Assembly: GCA_903922465.1 (NCBI GenBank)
Contig: CAIXTV010000021.1
Coordinates: 91 to 64,090, forward strand
Reading direction: 5' to 3'
Length of the DNA: 64,000 nucleotides
DNA from: an uncultured bacterium
GTDB taxonomy: Bacteria; Bacteroidota; Bacteroidia; Bacteroidales; CAIXTV01
Within the stretch, counting starts at the first letter, position 1, and every line of letters begins with the position of its first letter. The notes beneath the pieces are model-generated. The model was not told the DNA's origin. It did not search any database and saw only the letters and a program-made list of their open reading frames with translations. Positions 1 to 9,430 of this stretch are shown in pieces. The translations under genes were made by a program, and so were the position numbers.

Positions 1-374
1 TTTAAAAGACCTGTGATGAGGGGATATTTTTGTTTATCTAAGAGTTGAATGAAGAGAACCAGCTCGCGGATAGTCTCGTAACTCAGTTTTAAATCGAATA
101 GAGTGTCCTGATCAATCCAACTTCCGATGGGGTTTATTTGTGAAAGGGCATCGGTGCAGTCGATTATTTGGAGGGAAGGGAGGTTTTTATCGAACAATAA
201 CAATAAGCGGAACTCATTGGTGAGATCGAGCTTCTGCTGAATGAGAGGTAGCTCGCTGAGGAAGTGCAAAGCATCGACATGCCTCTTGCCGGGCTCGCTC
301 ATACACTTGAGTTTAAGGATGGCACGGATTTGAGAGAAACCGATTTTGTCTTCGAAATGGAGAGGATAGATCAA
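1..374 (-). CDS. mutS2: Endonuclease MutS2, N-terminal part (gene runs off the left window edge)
   Basis: Not in the ORF track because it is open at the edge. The minus-strand frame starts at a TTG (372-374) and reads IYPLHFEDKIGFSQIRAILKLKCMSEPGKRHVDALHF...DTLFDLKLSYETIRELVLFIQLL. This matches the conserved MutS2 N-terminus (MIYPxxFExKIGFdxIR) as I recall it. It starts 6 nt after the stop of the upstream gene. Confidence 0.55.
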   Translation of the reverse strand, partial: MIYPLHFEDKIGFSQIRAILKLKCMSEPGKRHVDALHFLSELPLIQQKLDLTNEFRLLLLFDKNLPSLQIIDCTDALSQINPIGSWIDQDTLFDLKLSYETIRELVLFIQLLDKQKYPLITGLL

Positions 375-380
375 GGTGTG

Positions 381-953
381 CTATATATATTGTTGATAGT
401 TGCCAAGGTTGAAAATATGCCAGATGAGTATGCCCGCACTGACGGAAATATTGACGGAATGTTTTGTGCCATACTGCGGAATTTCGATAGCTACGTCGGC
501 AAGTGGGAGTAGATGCTCTTCAACGCCATGAATTTCGTTGCCGAAGACAAGGGCAATCTTCCCTCCTTCTGTTGGAATGAAATCGTGCAACAGAACGGCT
601 TGATCGGTTTGTTCGATGATGGCGATTGTGTAACCCCGGGTCTTTAAATCAGAAAGGAGCTTAAAAGTATCCTCGTGATGAGACCAGTCAACAGATTCGG
701 TTGCCCCGAGTGCGGTCTTCTGTATCTCTCTGTGAGGAGGTGTGGCAGTGATTCCGCAAAGGTAGACATGCCCCATGCGGAAGGCATCGGAGGTACGAAA
801 GACAGAGCCAATATTATTCAAACTGCGGATATTATCGAGCACCACCACAATATCGGTCTTCTTCACAGATTGGTATTGTTCGGAGCTAAAGCGTCCTAAT
901 TCGTCGTTGGATATTTTGCGCATGGGTTGATTTGAGGGGACAAAAATACTCAA
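381..953 (-). CDS. TrmH/SpoU-family RNA 2-prime-O-methyltransferase
   Basis: 190 aa with three SpoU motifs in order: LNNIGSVFRTSDAF, ALVFGNEIHGV, IPQYGTKHSVNISVSAGILIW. Confidence 0.85.
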   Translation of the reverse strand: MSIFVPSNQPMRKISNDELGRFSSEQYQSVKKTDIVVVLDNIRSLNNIGSVFRTSDAFRMGHVYLCGITATPPHREIQKTALGATESVDWSHHEDTFKLLSDLKTRGYTIAIIEQTDQAVLLHDFIPTEGGKIALVFGNEIHGVEEHLLPLADVAIEIPQYGTKHSVNISVSAGILIWHIFNLGNYQQYI

Positions 954-1000
954 AGTTTAAGATGCGATGAATTATATTATGCAAAATTAAGAATAAGACG

Positions 1001-1008
1001 TATTTTTG
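1001..1008 (+). promoter_or_regulatory. Bacteroidota-type -7 promoter box (TAnnTTTG) upstream of mutS
   Basis: tatttttg at 1001-1008, 16 nt before the mutS ATG. It fits the TAnnTTTG consensus described for Bacteroidetes sigma-A promoters. Confidence 0.4.
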
Positions 1009-1023
1009 TAACCAGAACAAATT

Positions 1024-3648
1024 ATGGCAAAAAGCTCAAATACAACTCCAACAGAAACCCCTTTGATGCGGCAACATGCCTCAATTAAAGCGAAATACCC
1101 TGATGCATTACTGCTTTTCAGGGTGGGCGATTTTTATGAAACATTTGGAGAAGACGCTGTAAAAACCTCTGCAATTTTAGGAATAGTGCTAACAAGGCGT
1201 GCAAATGGGGCAGCTACTTTTATCGAATTAGCCGGTTTCCCACATCATGCCATCGACACTTATTTGCCTAAGCTTGTAAAGGCAGGATTAAGGGTGGCAA
1301 TTTGCGATCAACTGGAAGATCCTAAACTCACCAAAACCATTGTAAAAAGAGGAGTTACAGAATTGGTAACTCCAGGTGTATCATATAACGATAAGATACT
1401 AACACATAAGGAAAACAACTTTCTGGCGGCCATTCATTTACAGCCTAAATACACAGGCATTGCTTTTTTAGATATCTCAACAGGAGAATTTTATACTTCA
1501 CAGGGAAGTACTGAATATATTGATAAACTTTTGCAAAGCTTTCGCCCAAGCGAGGTAATTGTTCAGAAAAATAAGCTGAAGGAATTCACAGAAATATTTG
1601 GACAGAGTTATTATGTGAACACCTTTGATGATTGGGTGTTTACGTTTGAGTTTGGAAACGAGACATTACTGAAACATTTCAAAACCATATCCTTAAAAGG
1701 CTTTGGAATAGATGAACTTGAGAATGGCATTATTGCTTGCGGCGCTGCCATGCATTATCTTTCGGAAACCAATCATGATAGAACCATGCACATTAAGAAG
1801 ATTGTGCGCATTCAAGAGGATTTATATGTTTGGTTAGACAGGTTTACGATTCGTAATCTGGAACTTTTGTCTCCAATAAGTGAAAAAGGGAAATGTTTGA
1901 TTGATATCATTGATAGAACTTCCACACCAATGGGCTCACGCCTGCTGAAAAGATGGATAGTACTTCCTTTAAGAGAAAAATCATTGATAGAAGAGCGGCA
2001 TGATATTGTGGATTACTTTTCACAACAACATGAATTGCTGAAAAAACTATCGGAACAGATTCATTTAATTGGAGATATTGAAAGACTTATTTCAAAAGTT
2101 GCTGTTGGGAAGGTAAATCCCCGCGAAGTATTGCAATTGGCAAAGGCCCTTCGCTCAATAGGAGAAGTTAAGGAACTAATTTCAGCAAGCCCTGTGGGTG
2201 CTTTGAAGAAAATTAGTGAACAATTGAATAGTTGTGCTACCATTAACAAAAGGATACAAGAAGAGTTGAATCCCGATGCGCCACTTCTCATTTCAAAAGG
2301 CTATGTAATTGCCGATGGAATTTCAGAACCCCTTGATGATTTACGAAAGCTGGTGTTTTCAGGGAAAGATTACCTCTTGCAAATACAACAAAGAGAAATT
2401 GAGAACACTGGTATCTCCTCTTTGAGAATATCATATAACAATGTGTTCGGTTATTACCTTGAAGTTACCAATACGCACAAAAACAAGGTTCCTGCTGAGT
2501 GGATACGCAAGCAGACATTGGTGAGTTCAGAGCGATATATAACCGAAGAACTGAAAGAATATGAACAAAAGATATTAGGAGGAGAAGAAAAGATCCTGGA
2601 AATCGAACAACAGCTATTCAATTCCTTAGTTATTAGTCTGCTTGACTATATTGATCCGATTCAACTAAATTCTTCTCTTATAGCACGGCTTGATTTACTA
2701 TTATCTTTTGCCGTTATTTCGAAAGAAAACAATTACGTAAAGCCTGCGATGAATGACAGTTTCTCACTTGATATTGTTGATGGTCGCCATCCTGTAATAG
2801 AAAAGAACCTACCTATTGGAGAAGAATATATCACCAATTCAATTTTGTTGAATGACGAGGAACAGCAGATTATCATCTTAACTGGTCCTAATATGTCAGG
2901 GAAGTCTGCCTTATTGCGCCAAACTGCTTTGATTGTGTTGATGGCACAAATGGGTTGTTTTGTTCCTGCAGCAAAGGCAAACATTGGAATTGTGGACAAA
3001 ATTTTCACCCGCGTGGGTGCATCTGATAATATTTCTTCAGGTGAATCTACTTTTATGGTGGAAATGAATGAAACTGCCAGTATCCTAAACAATATATCGA
3101 GCAGAAGTTTGATTTTATTGGATGAAATTGGAAGAGGAACCAGTACTTACGATGGCATTTCGATAGCATGGTCAATTGCTGAGTATATTCATAACCATCC
3201 CCTGTTTCGCCCAAAAGTACTCTTTGCAACACATTATCATGAATTGAATGAAATGACTAAGACTCTCCACAGGATTAAAAACTTTCATGTAACAGTGAAA
3301 GAACTGGGGAACAAGGTGTTGTTTATGCGAAAGATTGCGGAAGGAGGAAGCGAACATAGCTTTGGAATTCATGTTGCAAGAATGGCCGGAATGCCTCAAT
3401 CTGTTCTTGAAAGAGCAGAAGATTTACTTAAAAAACTAGAACAATCGCATAGTAGCGACCAAATTTCTAAAACTGTAAGAAAAGAAATTAAAGATAATTA
3501 TCAACTTAGTTTTATTCAATTGAACGACCCTTTATTGGAAGAAATTCGCGATGATATCCTTCATACTGACATAGATACGCTCACCCCTGTTGAAGCCTTA
3601 ATGAAGTTAAACGAAATAAAAAGGATGCTTAATAAGAATAAAAAATAA
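1024..3648 (+). CDS. mutS: DNA mismatch repair protein MutS
   Basis: 874 aa. The N-terminal mismatch-binding motif is [32 protein letters not shown]. Walker A is GPNMSGKS and Walker B is [16 protein letters not shown]. Confidence 0.97.
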   Translation: MAKSSNTTPTETPLMRQHASIKAKYPDALLLFRVGDFYETFGEDAVKTSAILGIVLTRRANGAATFIELAGFPHHAIDTYLPKLVKAGLRVAICDQLEDPKLTKTIVKRGVTELVTPGVSYNDKILTHKENNFLAAIHLQPKYTGIAFLDISTGEFYTSQGSTEYIDKLLQSFRPSEVIVQKNKLKEFTEIFGQSYYVNTFDDWVFTFEFGNETLLKHFKTISLKGFGIDELENGIIACGAAMHYLSETNHDRTMHIKKIVRIQEDLYVWLDRFTIRNLELLSPISEKGKCLIDIIDRTSTPMGSRLLKRWIVLPLREKSLIEERHDIVDYFSQQHELLKKLSEQIHLIGDIERLISKVAVGKVNPREVLQLAKALRSIGEVKELISASPVGALKKISEQLNSCATINKRIQEELNPDAPLLISKGYVIADGISEPLDDLRKLVFSGKDYLLQIQQREIENTGISSLRISYNNVFGYYLEVTNTHKNKVPAEWIRKQTLVSSERYITEELKEYEQKILGGEEKILEIEQQLFNSLVISLLDYIDPIQLNSSLIARLDLLLSFAVISKENNYVKPAMNDSFSLDIVDGRHPVIEKNLPIGEEYITNSILLNDEEQQIIILTGPNMSGKSALLRQTALIVLMAQMGCFVPAAKANIGIVDKIFTRVGASDNISSGESTFMVEMNETASILNNISSRSLILLDEIGRGTSTYDGISIAWSIAEYIHNHPLFRPKVLFATHYHELNEMTKTLHRIKNFHVTVKELGNKVLFMRKIAEGGSEHSFGIHVARMAGMPQSVLERAEDLLKKLEQSHSSDQISKTVRKEIKDNYQLSFIQLNDPLLEEIRDDILHTDIDTLTPVEALMKLNEIKRMLNKNKK

Positions 3649-3677
3649 TTTTTTTTTGCAGATATAAAAAATCATAA

Positions 3678-3685
3678 TATATTTG
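3678..3685 (+). promoter_or_regulatory. Bacteroidota-type -7 promoter box (TAnnTTTG) upstream of the tRNA pair
   Basis: tatatttg at 3678-3685, 13 nt before the first nucleotide of tRNA-Gly. Confidence 0.4.
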
Positions 3686-3698
3686 CACTCTAATTAAT

Positions 3699-3771
3699 GC
3701 GGAAGTAGCTCAGTTGGTAGAGCATGACCTTGCCAAGGTCAGGGTCGCGAGTTCGAGTCTCGTCTTCCGCT
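3699..3771 (+). tRNA. tRNA-Gly (anticodon GCC)
   Basis: GCGGAAG...CTTCCGC acceptor stem. D-loop is AGCTCAGTTGGTAGAGC. The anticodon stem-loop TGACC-TTGCCAA-GGTCA gives anticodon GCC. T-arm is GCGAGTTCGAGTCTCGT. Confidence 0.9.
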
Positions 3772-3810
3772 CAAAATTAAACTCTCTTAGGAGAAGTTTT
3801 TTTTCGGTTT

Positions 3811-3895
3811 GCCCTGGTGGTGGAACTGGTAGACACGCAGGACTTAAAATCCTGTTGCCATTGCGGCAGTGCGGGTTCAAGTCCCGCCCGGGGTA
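3811..3895 (+). tRNA. tRNA-Leu (anticodon TAA), class II with long variable arm; CCA is encoded at 3896-3898
   Basis: The anticodon stem-loop GCAGGA-CTTAAAA-TCCTGT gives anticodon TAA. Variable arm is TGCCATTGCGGCAG. T-arm is GCGGG-TTCAAGT-CCCGC. The acceptor GCCCTGG/CCGGGGT has two G-U pairs. Confidence 0.88.
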
Positions 3896-3896
3896 C
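3837..3896 (+). repeat. attL core: 60-bp direct repeat (3-prime part of tRNA-Leu), identical to 57968-58027
   Basis: gcaggacttaaaatcctgttgccattgcggcagtgcgggttcaagtcccgcccggggtac occurs at both positions. I compared them base by base by eye. The flanks diverge immediately outside. Confidence 0.9.
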
Positions 3897-3897
3897 C

Positions 3898-3939
3898 ATC
3901 CCGAAGTAACTGACACACAGGCACTTCGGGATTTTTTTA
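3898..3939 (+). terminator. Rho-independent terminator after tRNA-Leu (island-encoded)
   Basis: A 10-bp stem atcccgaagt / acttcgggat is followed by a T7 run. Confidence 0.7.
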
Positions 3940-3990
3940 TGCTCAAATTTAAGCTTTGAATTTCCTTTTGTACAACTGGATTTTTAATTA

Positions 3991-4012
3991 AAGTGGGGAA
4001 TAAAGCGGGGAA
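3991..4012 (+). promoter_or_regulatory. Candidate integrase arm-type sites (GYGGGGAA x2) at the left island end
   Basis: aaGTGGGGAAtaaaGCGGGGAA. The same motif pair is seen at 57868-57910 at the other island end. Confidence 0.35.
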
Positions 4013-4031
4013 TTTTATATTTTCTTTCATT

Positions 4032-5447
4032 TTACACCTCCAAATCTTTTTCTAGGTTATTACCTTTTGTTGAAGTACGAACTTCTTTTAAATCATCTAC
4101 CCTCCCAGATTCATTTGAAAACATGCTAAATCTTCTAGCAACTGCCTTTGCAATTTCTTTATCATCGGTATAACTATCATCAATCACCCTATTATCGGAG
4201 TGTCCTGTAATTGATTTTATATTTCCATCTCCCATATATATTTTTAGGTAGGTGATGTATGTTTTTCTTAAGCATTTTAAAGTAAGTTTCCTTCCTGTAC
4301 CTAATTGATCGTAGAAATGGGAGAAGCCACGGCTAAGATTATCTGACATAAACCTTTTCCTTTTTATTTTTATTTCAGGAGCCAATATATAATTATCGGT
4401 ATTCTCGTATTTTTCATAACCCAATTCTTTTAATAATCTCAAAAGTGATTCTGTGACAGGGATATAGATAAATTTCTTCTCATCTTCAGTATTTCGTCTT
4501 TGTATATGATTTACTTTGAAATCCTCTACCTTAATAAATTTATCCCCTTCGCTTTCTATAATTTTATTCCACTTAAGATTTATCAACTCTTCCCTTCTAC
4601 GTCCAGTTTCAAGTGCAAGCCTAATACCATCTTTAAGCCACGGACGATATAAATTTCTTGTTGGCTTTACTCCATTTTCGTATTTCTTTATTCCATTCTC
4701 AGGAGTAATTTGTTTGAGTAAGGCTTCATATTCTGTTTTGGTAATTGCTTCGGGTTTTGGATTTAATTTTTTCCTCTCTACTTCTTCAAACCAATTTATT
4801 ATTGGCACTCTATATTCTTCCCCATACCATTTTAAAATTGAAGAATAAAACCCAAAGATTTTATTAAAGGTTCTATTCGCGTATTCCTTATCTTCTAAAT
4901 AGGTATATATTTCCCCTACTATATCATCATTAAGATCATTGATTGATAATGTCGAAAGATTATGTCCATTACTTTTGAAACACTGAGCTAAAATCTTGCA
5001 TGCTCTTTCAACATCCTTAATGTGTTCTTCGCTTCTAACTTTTATTTTGTGTGCTGGAACCCCTTCGTTCCTTAGCCAGCCAACATACCTTGCTAGTACT
5101 TGTATTAATAATTGTGGCTGATTATTTCCTTTTGTATTTTCAGTAGAATTTGTTTTTTGGTACCTTCCCTCCTTAACCTCTTTTTTAAATTCCAATGCTT
5201 GCTTAATTGCTTCATCAAGGTTCCTCGTTTCTAAATTCTTTGTCCTTCTTTCATTCCTGGTACCTGGGATATGAACTATTACTTTGTAAACATGCTTTTC
5301 TCCATTGGGGCATAACTTTAATGATTTGCCTGTTAGTTTACATGTATCAACCATGTCTCTATTGCACTTATAACAATATACTACCAATCCTTTTATCCTT
5401 TTAGTCGGTGAAATATATAATGGCTTATTTTCCATGGTCTGTATCAT
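4032..5447 (-). CDS. Tyrosine-type site-specific integrase of the island
   Basis: 471 aa. Catalytic-domain motifs are ETGRRREELINLKW (Arg), LRKTYITYL (HxxR-like position) and ITGHSDNRVIDDSYTD (His...Tyr). It lies adjacent to the tRNA attL. Confidence 0.85.
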   Translation of the reverse strand: MIQTMENKPLYISPTKRIKGLVVYCYKCNRDMVDTCKLTGKSLKLCPNGEKHVYKVIVHIPGTRNERRTKNLETRNLDEAIKQALEFKKEVKEGRYQKTNSTENTKGNNQPQLLIQVLARYVGWLRNEGVPAHKIKVRSEEHIKDVERACKILAQCFKSNGHNLSTLSINDLNDDIVGEIYTYLEDKEYANRTFNKIFGFYSSILKWYGEEYRVPIINWFEEVERKKLNPKPEAITKTEYEALLKQITPENGIKKYENGVKPTRNLYRPWLKDGIRLALETGRRREELINLKWNKIIESEGDKFIKVEDFKVNHIQRRNTEDEKKFIYIPVTESLLRLLKELGYEKYENTDNYILAPEIKIKRKRFMSDNLSRGFSHFYDQLGTGRKLTLKCLRKTYITYLKIYMGDGNIKSITGHSDNRVIDDSYTDDKEIAKAVARRFSMFSNESGRVDDLKEVRTSTKGNNLEKDLEV

Positions 5448-5455
5448 AACCCCAT

Positions 5456-5755
5456 TTATGTATTTTGCAAGTAGTTTAAAAATTTCATTTCGTAATCTCC
5501 TTTAGGGGTATAGGAAGTATTTTTATTTGAATTAAATATTTCCTGTATATTGTTTTTACCATATTTCTTTTTGATATATTTTTGTGCTTGTTTCATTTTT
5601 ACATATAAAAACTCTTCCTTAATAACATAACGTCTATTTGTCCCAATATCTGAGAACACTCCAACTCCATTTTTTTCGCACCAATTTACAATAGTTTTGC
5701 TCTTCTTATAATCGAGTTCCTTAAGCAAGTCCTTTATGTATAATCGTTCGTTCAT
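5456..5755 (-). CDS. Small DNA-binding protein, possible excisionase / recombination directionality factor
   Basis: 99 aa, immediately upstream of the integrase on the same strand. It has an HTH-like stretch KSKTIVNWCEKNGVGVF...NRRYVIKEEF. The call rests on position and size only. Confidence 0.35.
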   Translation of the reverse strand: MNERLYIKDLLKELDYKKSKTIVNWCEKNGVGVFSDIGTNRRYVIKEEFLYVKMKQAQKYIKKKYGKNNIQEIFNSNKNTSYTPKGDYEMKFLNYLQNT

Positions 5756-6013
5756 TTTTACTTAATTATAGTTTTGGTCCTGATTATTTGTGAGTTTATA
5801 TCTTTCAAAGGATTTTCTTTCTCATTTGTAAAACACTCCCTCATTAATTTATTTAAGGATAAATGCCTTTTATCACTTACCCTGTTAAATCTTATAATGT
5901 AATCTGAGTTTTCCATGTCTTTAAATTTTGTGGTAAAATTACAACCATTTCATTTTATATTTATTACGCTTTACTTTACGTAAGTTTAACGTCAATCAAA
6001 CATCAACCTTCCG

Positions 6014-6523
6014 TTAAGCTTTTATTTTATTTAGTTCTGCAATTATGTTTTCGATTACTTTGATGCTTTTATTATTTCTTACTTCATTTAATAATGTCCT
6101 CAAGGTAGCATTATTGAGGTTTTTCCCACGCATATCGATAAAGTGTTCTTTTAATAATTGATGTGGCTTAGTGTTTTCCGGAATAAAATGATTCTCCATC
6201 AACTGATTGAAAAAATATACCAATTTAATTGTGTGTGTTTGCCATCTCACATTCTCTGTTTTCACTATACTACCATAAAAGTGGCTTTTAAATAATTCAT
6301 ATTCGCATGATATGTATCCGTGAGTACTTAAGAGTTCGAATAATTTCAATAATTGTGGTTCTCCCTTTAACCAACCTATCTTACTTGGTATATAAGATTC
6401 AAATGGTAGTTTTTGATCTACCTTATCCTTATTAATAGGAAGTTCACTAAGTAGCAAATTAAATTCATCACGCACTATTTGCCTGATGATTTCATTTAAT
6501 TGTAATACTAACTTTGTTTCCAT
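6014..6523 (-). CDS. Hypothetical protein
   Basis: 169-aa ORF with no recognisable catalytic motif. Confidence 0.5.
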   Translation of the reverse strand: METKLVLQLNEIIRQIVRDEFNLLLSELPINKDKVDQKLPFESYIPSKIGWLKGEPQLLKLFELLSTHGYISCEYELFKSHFYGSIVKTENVRWQTHTIKLVYFFNQLMENHFIPENTKPHQLLKEHFIDMRGKNLNNATLRTLLNEVRNNKSIKVIENIIAELNKIKA

Positions 6524-6605
6524 TTTGGTACATATTATTAATGTACCTCTTGAAACTCACATGATCTTGGAGGTAAATGATAGCAAGATACTTGACATTT
6601 ACAAG

Positions 6606-6915
6606 TATTCTATGCTAAACTTGATTTGCCTTTGGAATACCGTGAATATTCTCGAGGTCCAGAGTTTTATTATAACTTTGGTCAAGCCCCTCTTTGGCGA
6701 GAGGGGCTTTTTTTATAATGTGAACTCTTTACATTGTTTATAAGAACTATTGTGTTTAATGAATGTTTCTCATTTTAAGTATTTTTGTTAGTAATTTCAT
6801 ACCGTCATTTTTTATGTCAAATCCGTCAAAACTTCCACTTAATGACGATTATTCAATATATTTGAATGATATTAAGCTATTAATCCCTGAAAAGTTATTA
6901 AAATATATTCATCCC
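6606..6915 (+). repeat. Diverged direct repeat, copy A (leader plus 5-prime end of a TPR-type gene)
   Basis: It aligns by eye to 13049-13345. Example: ctatgctaaac...ggaata.cgtga.tattct..a.gtccagagtt.tattataa.ttt.gtcaagccc ... tttgtttaatgaatgt.tctc ... tttttatgtcaaatc.gtcaaa ... attcaatatatttgaatgat. Identity is roughly three quarters and was not computed. Confidence 0.75.
6684..6715 (+). terminator. Strong intrinsic terminator-like hairpin inside repeat copy A
   Basis: aagcccctct / agaggggctt is a 10-bp stem followed by T8. No plus-strand ORF lies upstream of it. Confidence 0.55.
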
Positions 6916-7053
6916 CATTTGAGTGAATCATATTTTACGAAAAGTCACAAAATCAACTACATTACTTATTTTTTTTATGGATTTCCAATTTCTGACGATC
7001 GAGCAATTATAATTTGTTCATCAAATAATCCTTTTTCTCCTTGTTTTTTATAA
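6814..7053 (+). pseudogene. Truncated paralogue of the N-terminus of the TPR protein at 13245-14399
   Basis: MSNPSKLPLNDDYSIYLNDIKLLIPEKLLKYIHPHL compares with MSNLSKHPFKDEYSIYLNDNKLFIPEKLLRYIHTQL. It diverges and stops after about 79 aa. Confidence 0.55.
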
Positions 7054-7310
7054 TTTTGTGAGGTCATCTTTTTTTTGCATTTGTTAATATACAAATATAG
7101 GCGCAATTATTTATATATCAAATTATTAAATTAAAGATCTCCCCAGAATATTTTTGTTTGACGTTGATTTTTTTTGAAAGAATGATACAATTGTGATAAA
7201 AGTAATCGCTGGGAAATGATTAATGATATAAAGAAAACGTGAAACACAAAGTGATTGAAAGCAGAAAGTTAATTTTACCAATTAAATAAATAAGAAAGGA
7301 ACTATTTTTT

Positions 7311-7886
7311 ATGATTTATTTTGTCAGACATGGTCAAACAGATTGGAATGTGGAACAGAAGACACAAGGGCATACAGATATCCCATTAAACGCCGACGGG
7401 ATATCACAAGCCGAAACCATTGCAAAAAGTATTTTAAATTTAAATATAAATAGAATTATTTCTTCAGATTTGTTGCGTGCCCGCGAAACAGCTGAAATTA
7501 TAAACCAATCAATAGGAGTTGATATCTCATTTGATCAACGATTACGAGAAATTAATTACGGTGATTTAGAGGGAATTCCAAGGACAGAACTTACTCCAAA
7601 TATTTGGGATGTTTTTAATGATACTCCAGAAAAACTAAATGCTGAACCGATGTCAAGTGTTTTTGAAAGAATAAAGAGTTTTTTTGATGAGTTAAATCAA
7701 CACCAAGATAATATTTTAATTGTTACTCATGGTGGTGCATTACGTATTATTATGCATTATGCAGAAAGTCGTGACTCTTATGATAAAGAAAAATATTCAA
7801 ATTCTCATCAAAATTCTAAAATAAATAATGCCTCAATATTTCAGTGGAATAAAGAGCAAACAGCAATACAACCTGTTTTTTTGTGA
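7311..7886 (+). CDS. Histidine phosphatase family protein (phosphoglycerate-mutase-like)
   Basis: IYFVRHGQTDWN (RHG motif) and IVTHGGALR (second catalytic His). Confidence 0.85.
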   Translation: MIYFVRHGQTDWNVEQKTQGHTDIPLNADGISQAETIAKSILNLNINRIISSDLLRARETAEIINQSIGVDISFDQRLREINYGDLEGIPRTELTPNIWDVFNDTPEKLNAEPMSSVFERIKSFFDELNQHQDNILIVTHGGALRIIMHYAESRDSYDKEKYSNSHQNSKINNASIFQWNKEQTAIQPVFL

Positions 7887-7968
7887 TTTAATTAGTTAGT
7901 CAGTCATGTAAATATTTGAATGAGCATTGCATTGAGTATAAAATAGATAAAGCATTTTAAGGAATAAT

Positions 7969-9420
7969 ATGACTGAAATAACACCTAATATATTATTAAT
8001 AGGATGCGGAGCCCACGCAAAACGAGTTTATTTGCCAGGGCTAAAAGCAACTGAGAGTAAGTTTGGAACATTACTGAAGGCAGTTGTTGAATTAGCGGAA
8101 AAAGAATCAGATACCAATGCATTTCTTTCTAATTTTTATCCTTCTTTTCGAGGAATATATATTGTTCCTTTTTATCAGCAATATTCCCACTCCCTTCCTT
8201 TATACGTAGAACAGCTATTAAATAAAACTGTTATAGAGCTAAATATCAACAGTGTTATAATAGCTACAGATCCTCTTAATCATATGCAATATGCTTTATG
8301 GGCGCAAAAAATGAGTTTGCATATTTTGATGGACAAACCGATTTCAACGTATGAAAATATTTCAAACTCCATTGAACAAACCAAGCAACTTAAAAGTGAT
8401 TTTGGACAACTCATGGAAAAATACTCTACAGAAAAAGCTTTTATTATCAATGTCCAAAGAAGATTTTTACCGCAATTTGAAATTATTCAATCTAAAGTGA
8501 ATGAAATTGCTAAGAAATATGGTATTCCCGTAACTTCAATGCAAAGCACACATAGTGATGGACAATGGCGTTTACCGAAAGAAGGGTTGGAGATTAAATA
8601 TCACTCTAATCTCGGCTGGGGGAAAATTTCTCATAGTGGGTATCATTTTATTGATATGGCAGGTAAGATAGTTAAAGACTCTTTTAAAGAATCTGGGAAA
8701 ATAATTGACGAATTATCAGTTTATGCCCAATTTATACGACAACAAGGTATTTTGAAACAACAATCGCGACAAGATATGATACGTATATTTGGACAAGAAT
8801 ATCAAGAATTGGTTTCACAAAGTGACAGAGAGCTAGCTCATTTGTATAAGATACATAATGAGGCTGAGGTTGATGCAACAGCTATAATTAATCTTTCGCA
8901 TGAAGGGATTCCGGTTACAAATATCACATTGAATTTAATGCATAATGGTTTTTCGCGGCGTGCTTGGATGTTGCCAAATAATGATTTATATAAAGGAAAT
9001 GGTCGGATTAGGCACGAACATCATAATATTCAACAAGGCCCCCTTCAAAACATTCAAATTCATTCCTATCAATCAAATGATAATCATGATTTCAACACTG
9101 AATCTGATTTTTCAGTTGGAGGAAACAATCATTATGATATTCATATATATAAAAATGTAGGTATTATAGGTGGTACACTTCTAGAAATTATTACAGCGAA
9201 AGATGTTGCAGATCAATACGGTCTTGATAAAACGAAAGTAATGAATGAATTGGCACGTCATGCGGCAATTAATGAATTTTTAGAGGTTATTATTGGGATA
9301 AGAAAAGGAAATAATACAAAGGCAAATTTAGCTGATCACGCTTTATCGGTACAGCTGATGTCAATGATTTATGAGGCTGGAATTACTAATTCAAATGTAA
9401 TTCAACCAGTTAAAATTTAA
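7969..9420 (+). CDS. Gfo/Idh/MocA-like NAD(P)-binding oxidoreductase with a long divergent C-terminal domain
   Basis: N-terminal Rossmann motif ILLIGCGAHAKRVYLPGL. VIIATDPLNHMQYALWAQKMSLHILMDKPIS matches the family pattern V.I.TP...H...a..al.aGkhVl.EKP. Confidence 0.6.
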   Translation: MTEITPNILLIGCGAHAKRVYLPGLKATESKFGTLLKAVVELAEKESDTNAFLSNFYPSFRGIYIVPFYQQYSHSLPLYVEQLLNKTVIELNINSVIIATDPLNHMQYALWAQKMSLHILMDKPISTYENISNSIEQTKQLKSDFGQLMEKYSTEKAFIINVQRRFLPQFEIIQSKVNEIAKKYGIPVTSMQSTHSDGQWRLPKEGLEIKYHSNLGWGKISHSGYHFIDMAGKIVKDSFKESGKIIDELSVYAQFIRQQGILKQQSRQDMIRIFGQEYQELVSQSDRELAHLYKIHNEAEVDATAIINLSHEGIPVTNITLNLMHNGFSRRAWMLPNNDLYKGNGRIRHEHHNIQQGPLQNIQIHSYQSNDNHDFNTESDFSVGGNNHYDIHIYKNVGIIGGTLLEIITAKDVADQYGLDKTKVMNELARHAAINEFLEVIIGIRKGNNTKANLADHALSVQLMSMIYEAGITNSNVIQPVKI

Positions 9421-9430
9421 GGAATAGAAT

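Noticed and set aside
264-512. ORF 264-512 (+), 82 aa
   Set aside because: It overlaps the 3-prime end of the well-supported TrmH-like gene and the 5-prime end of the mutS2 frame on the opposite strand. It has no motif.
2061-3399. Minus-strand ORFs inside mutS (2061-2291, 2733-3092, 3172-3399). There are similar antisense ORFs inside other long genes, for example 33229-33672, 40363-40587, 43226-43456, 46823-47101, 48369-48647, 49068-49412 and 53858-54052.
   Set aside because: They lie entirely within genes that have strong motif support on the other strand. Their composition is low-complexity and typical of antisense frames in AT-rich DNA.
3710-4030. ORFs 3710-4030 (-) and 3714-3959 (+) of 106 and 81 aa
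   Set aside because: They are translations across the tRNA-Gly and tRNA-Leu genes and their terminators. The same peptide fragment (NPHCRNGNRILSPA) reappears at the attR copy, which shows it is simply tRNA sequence.
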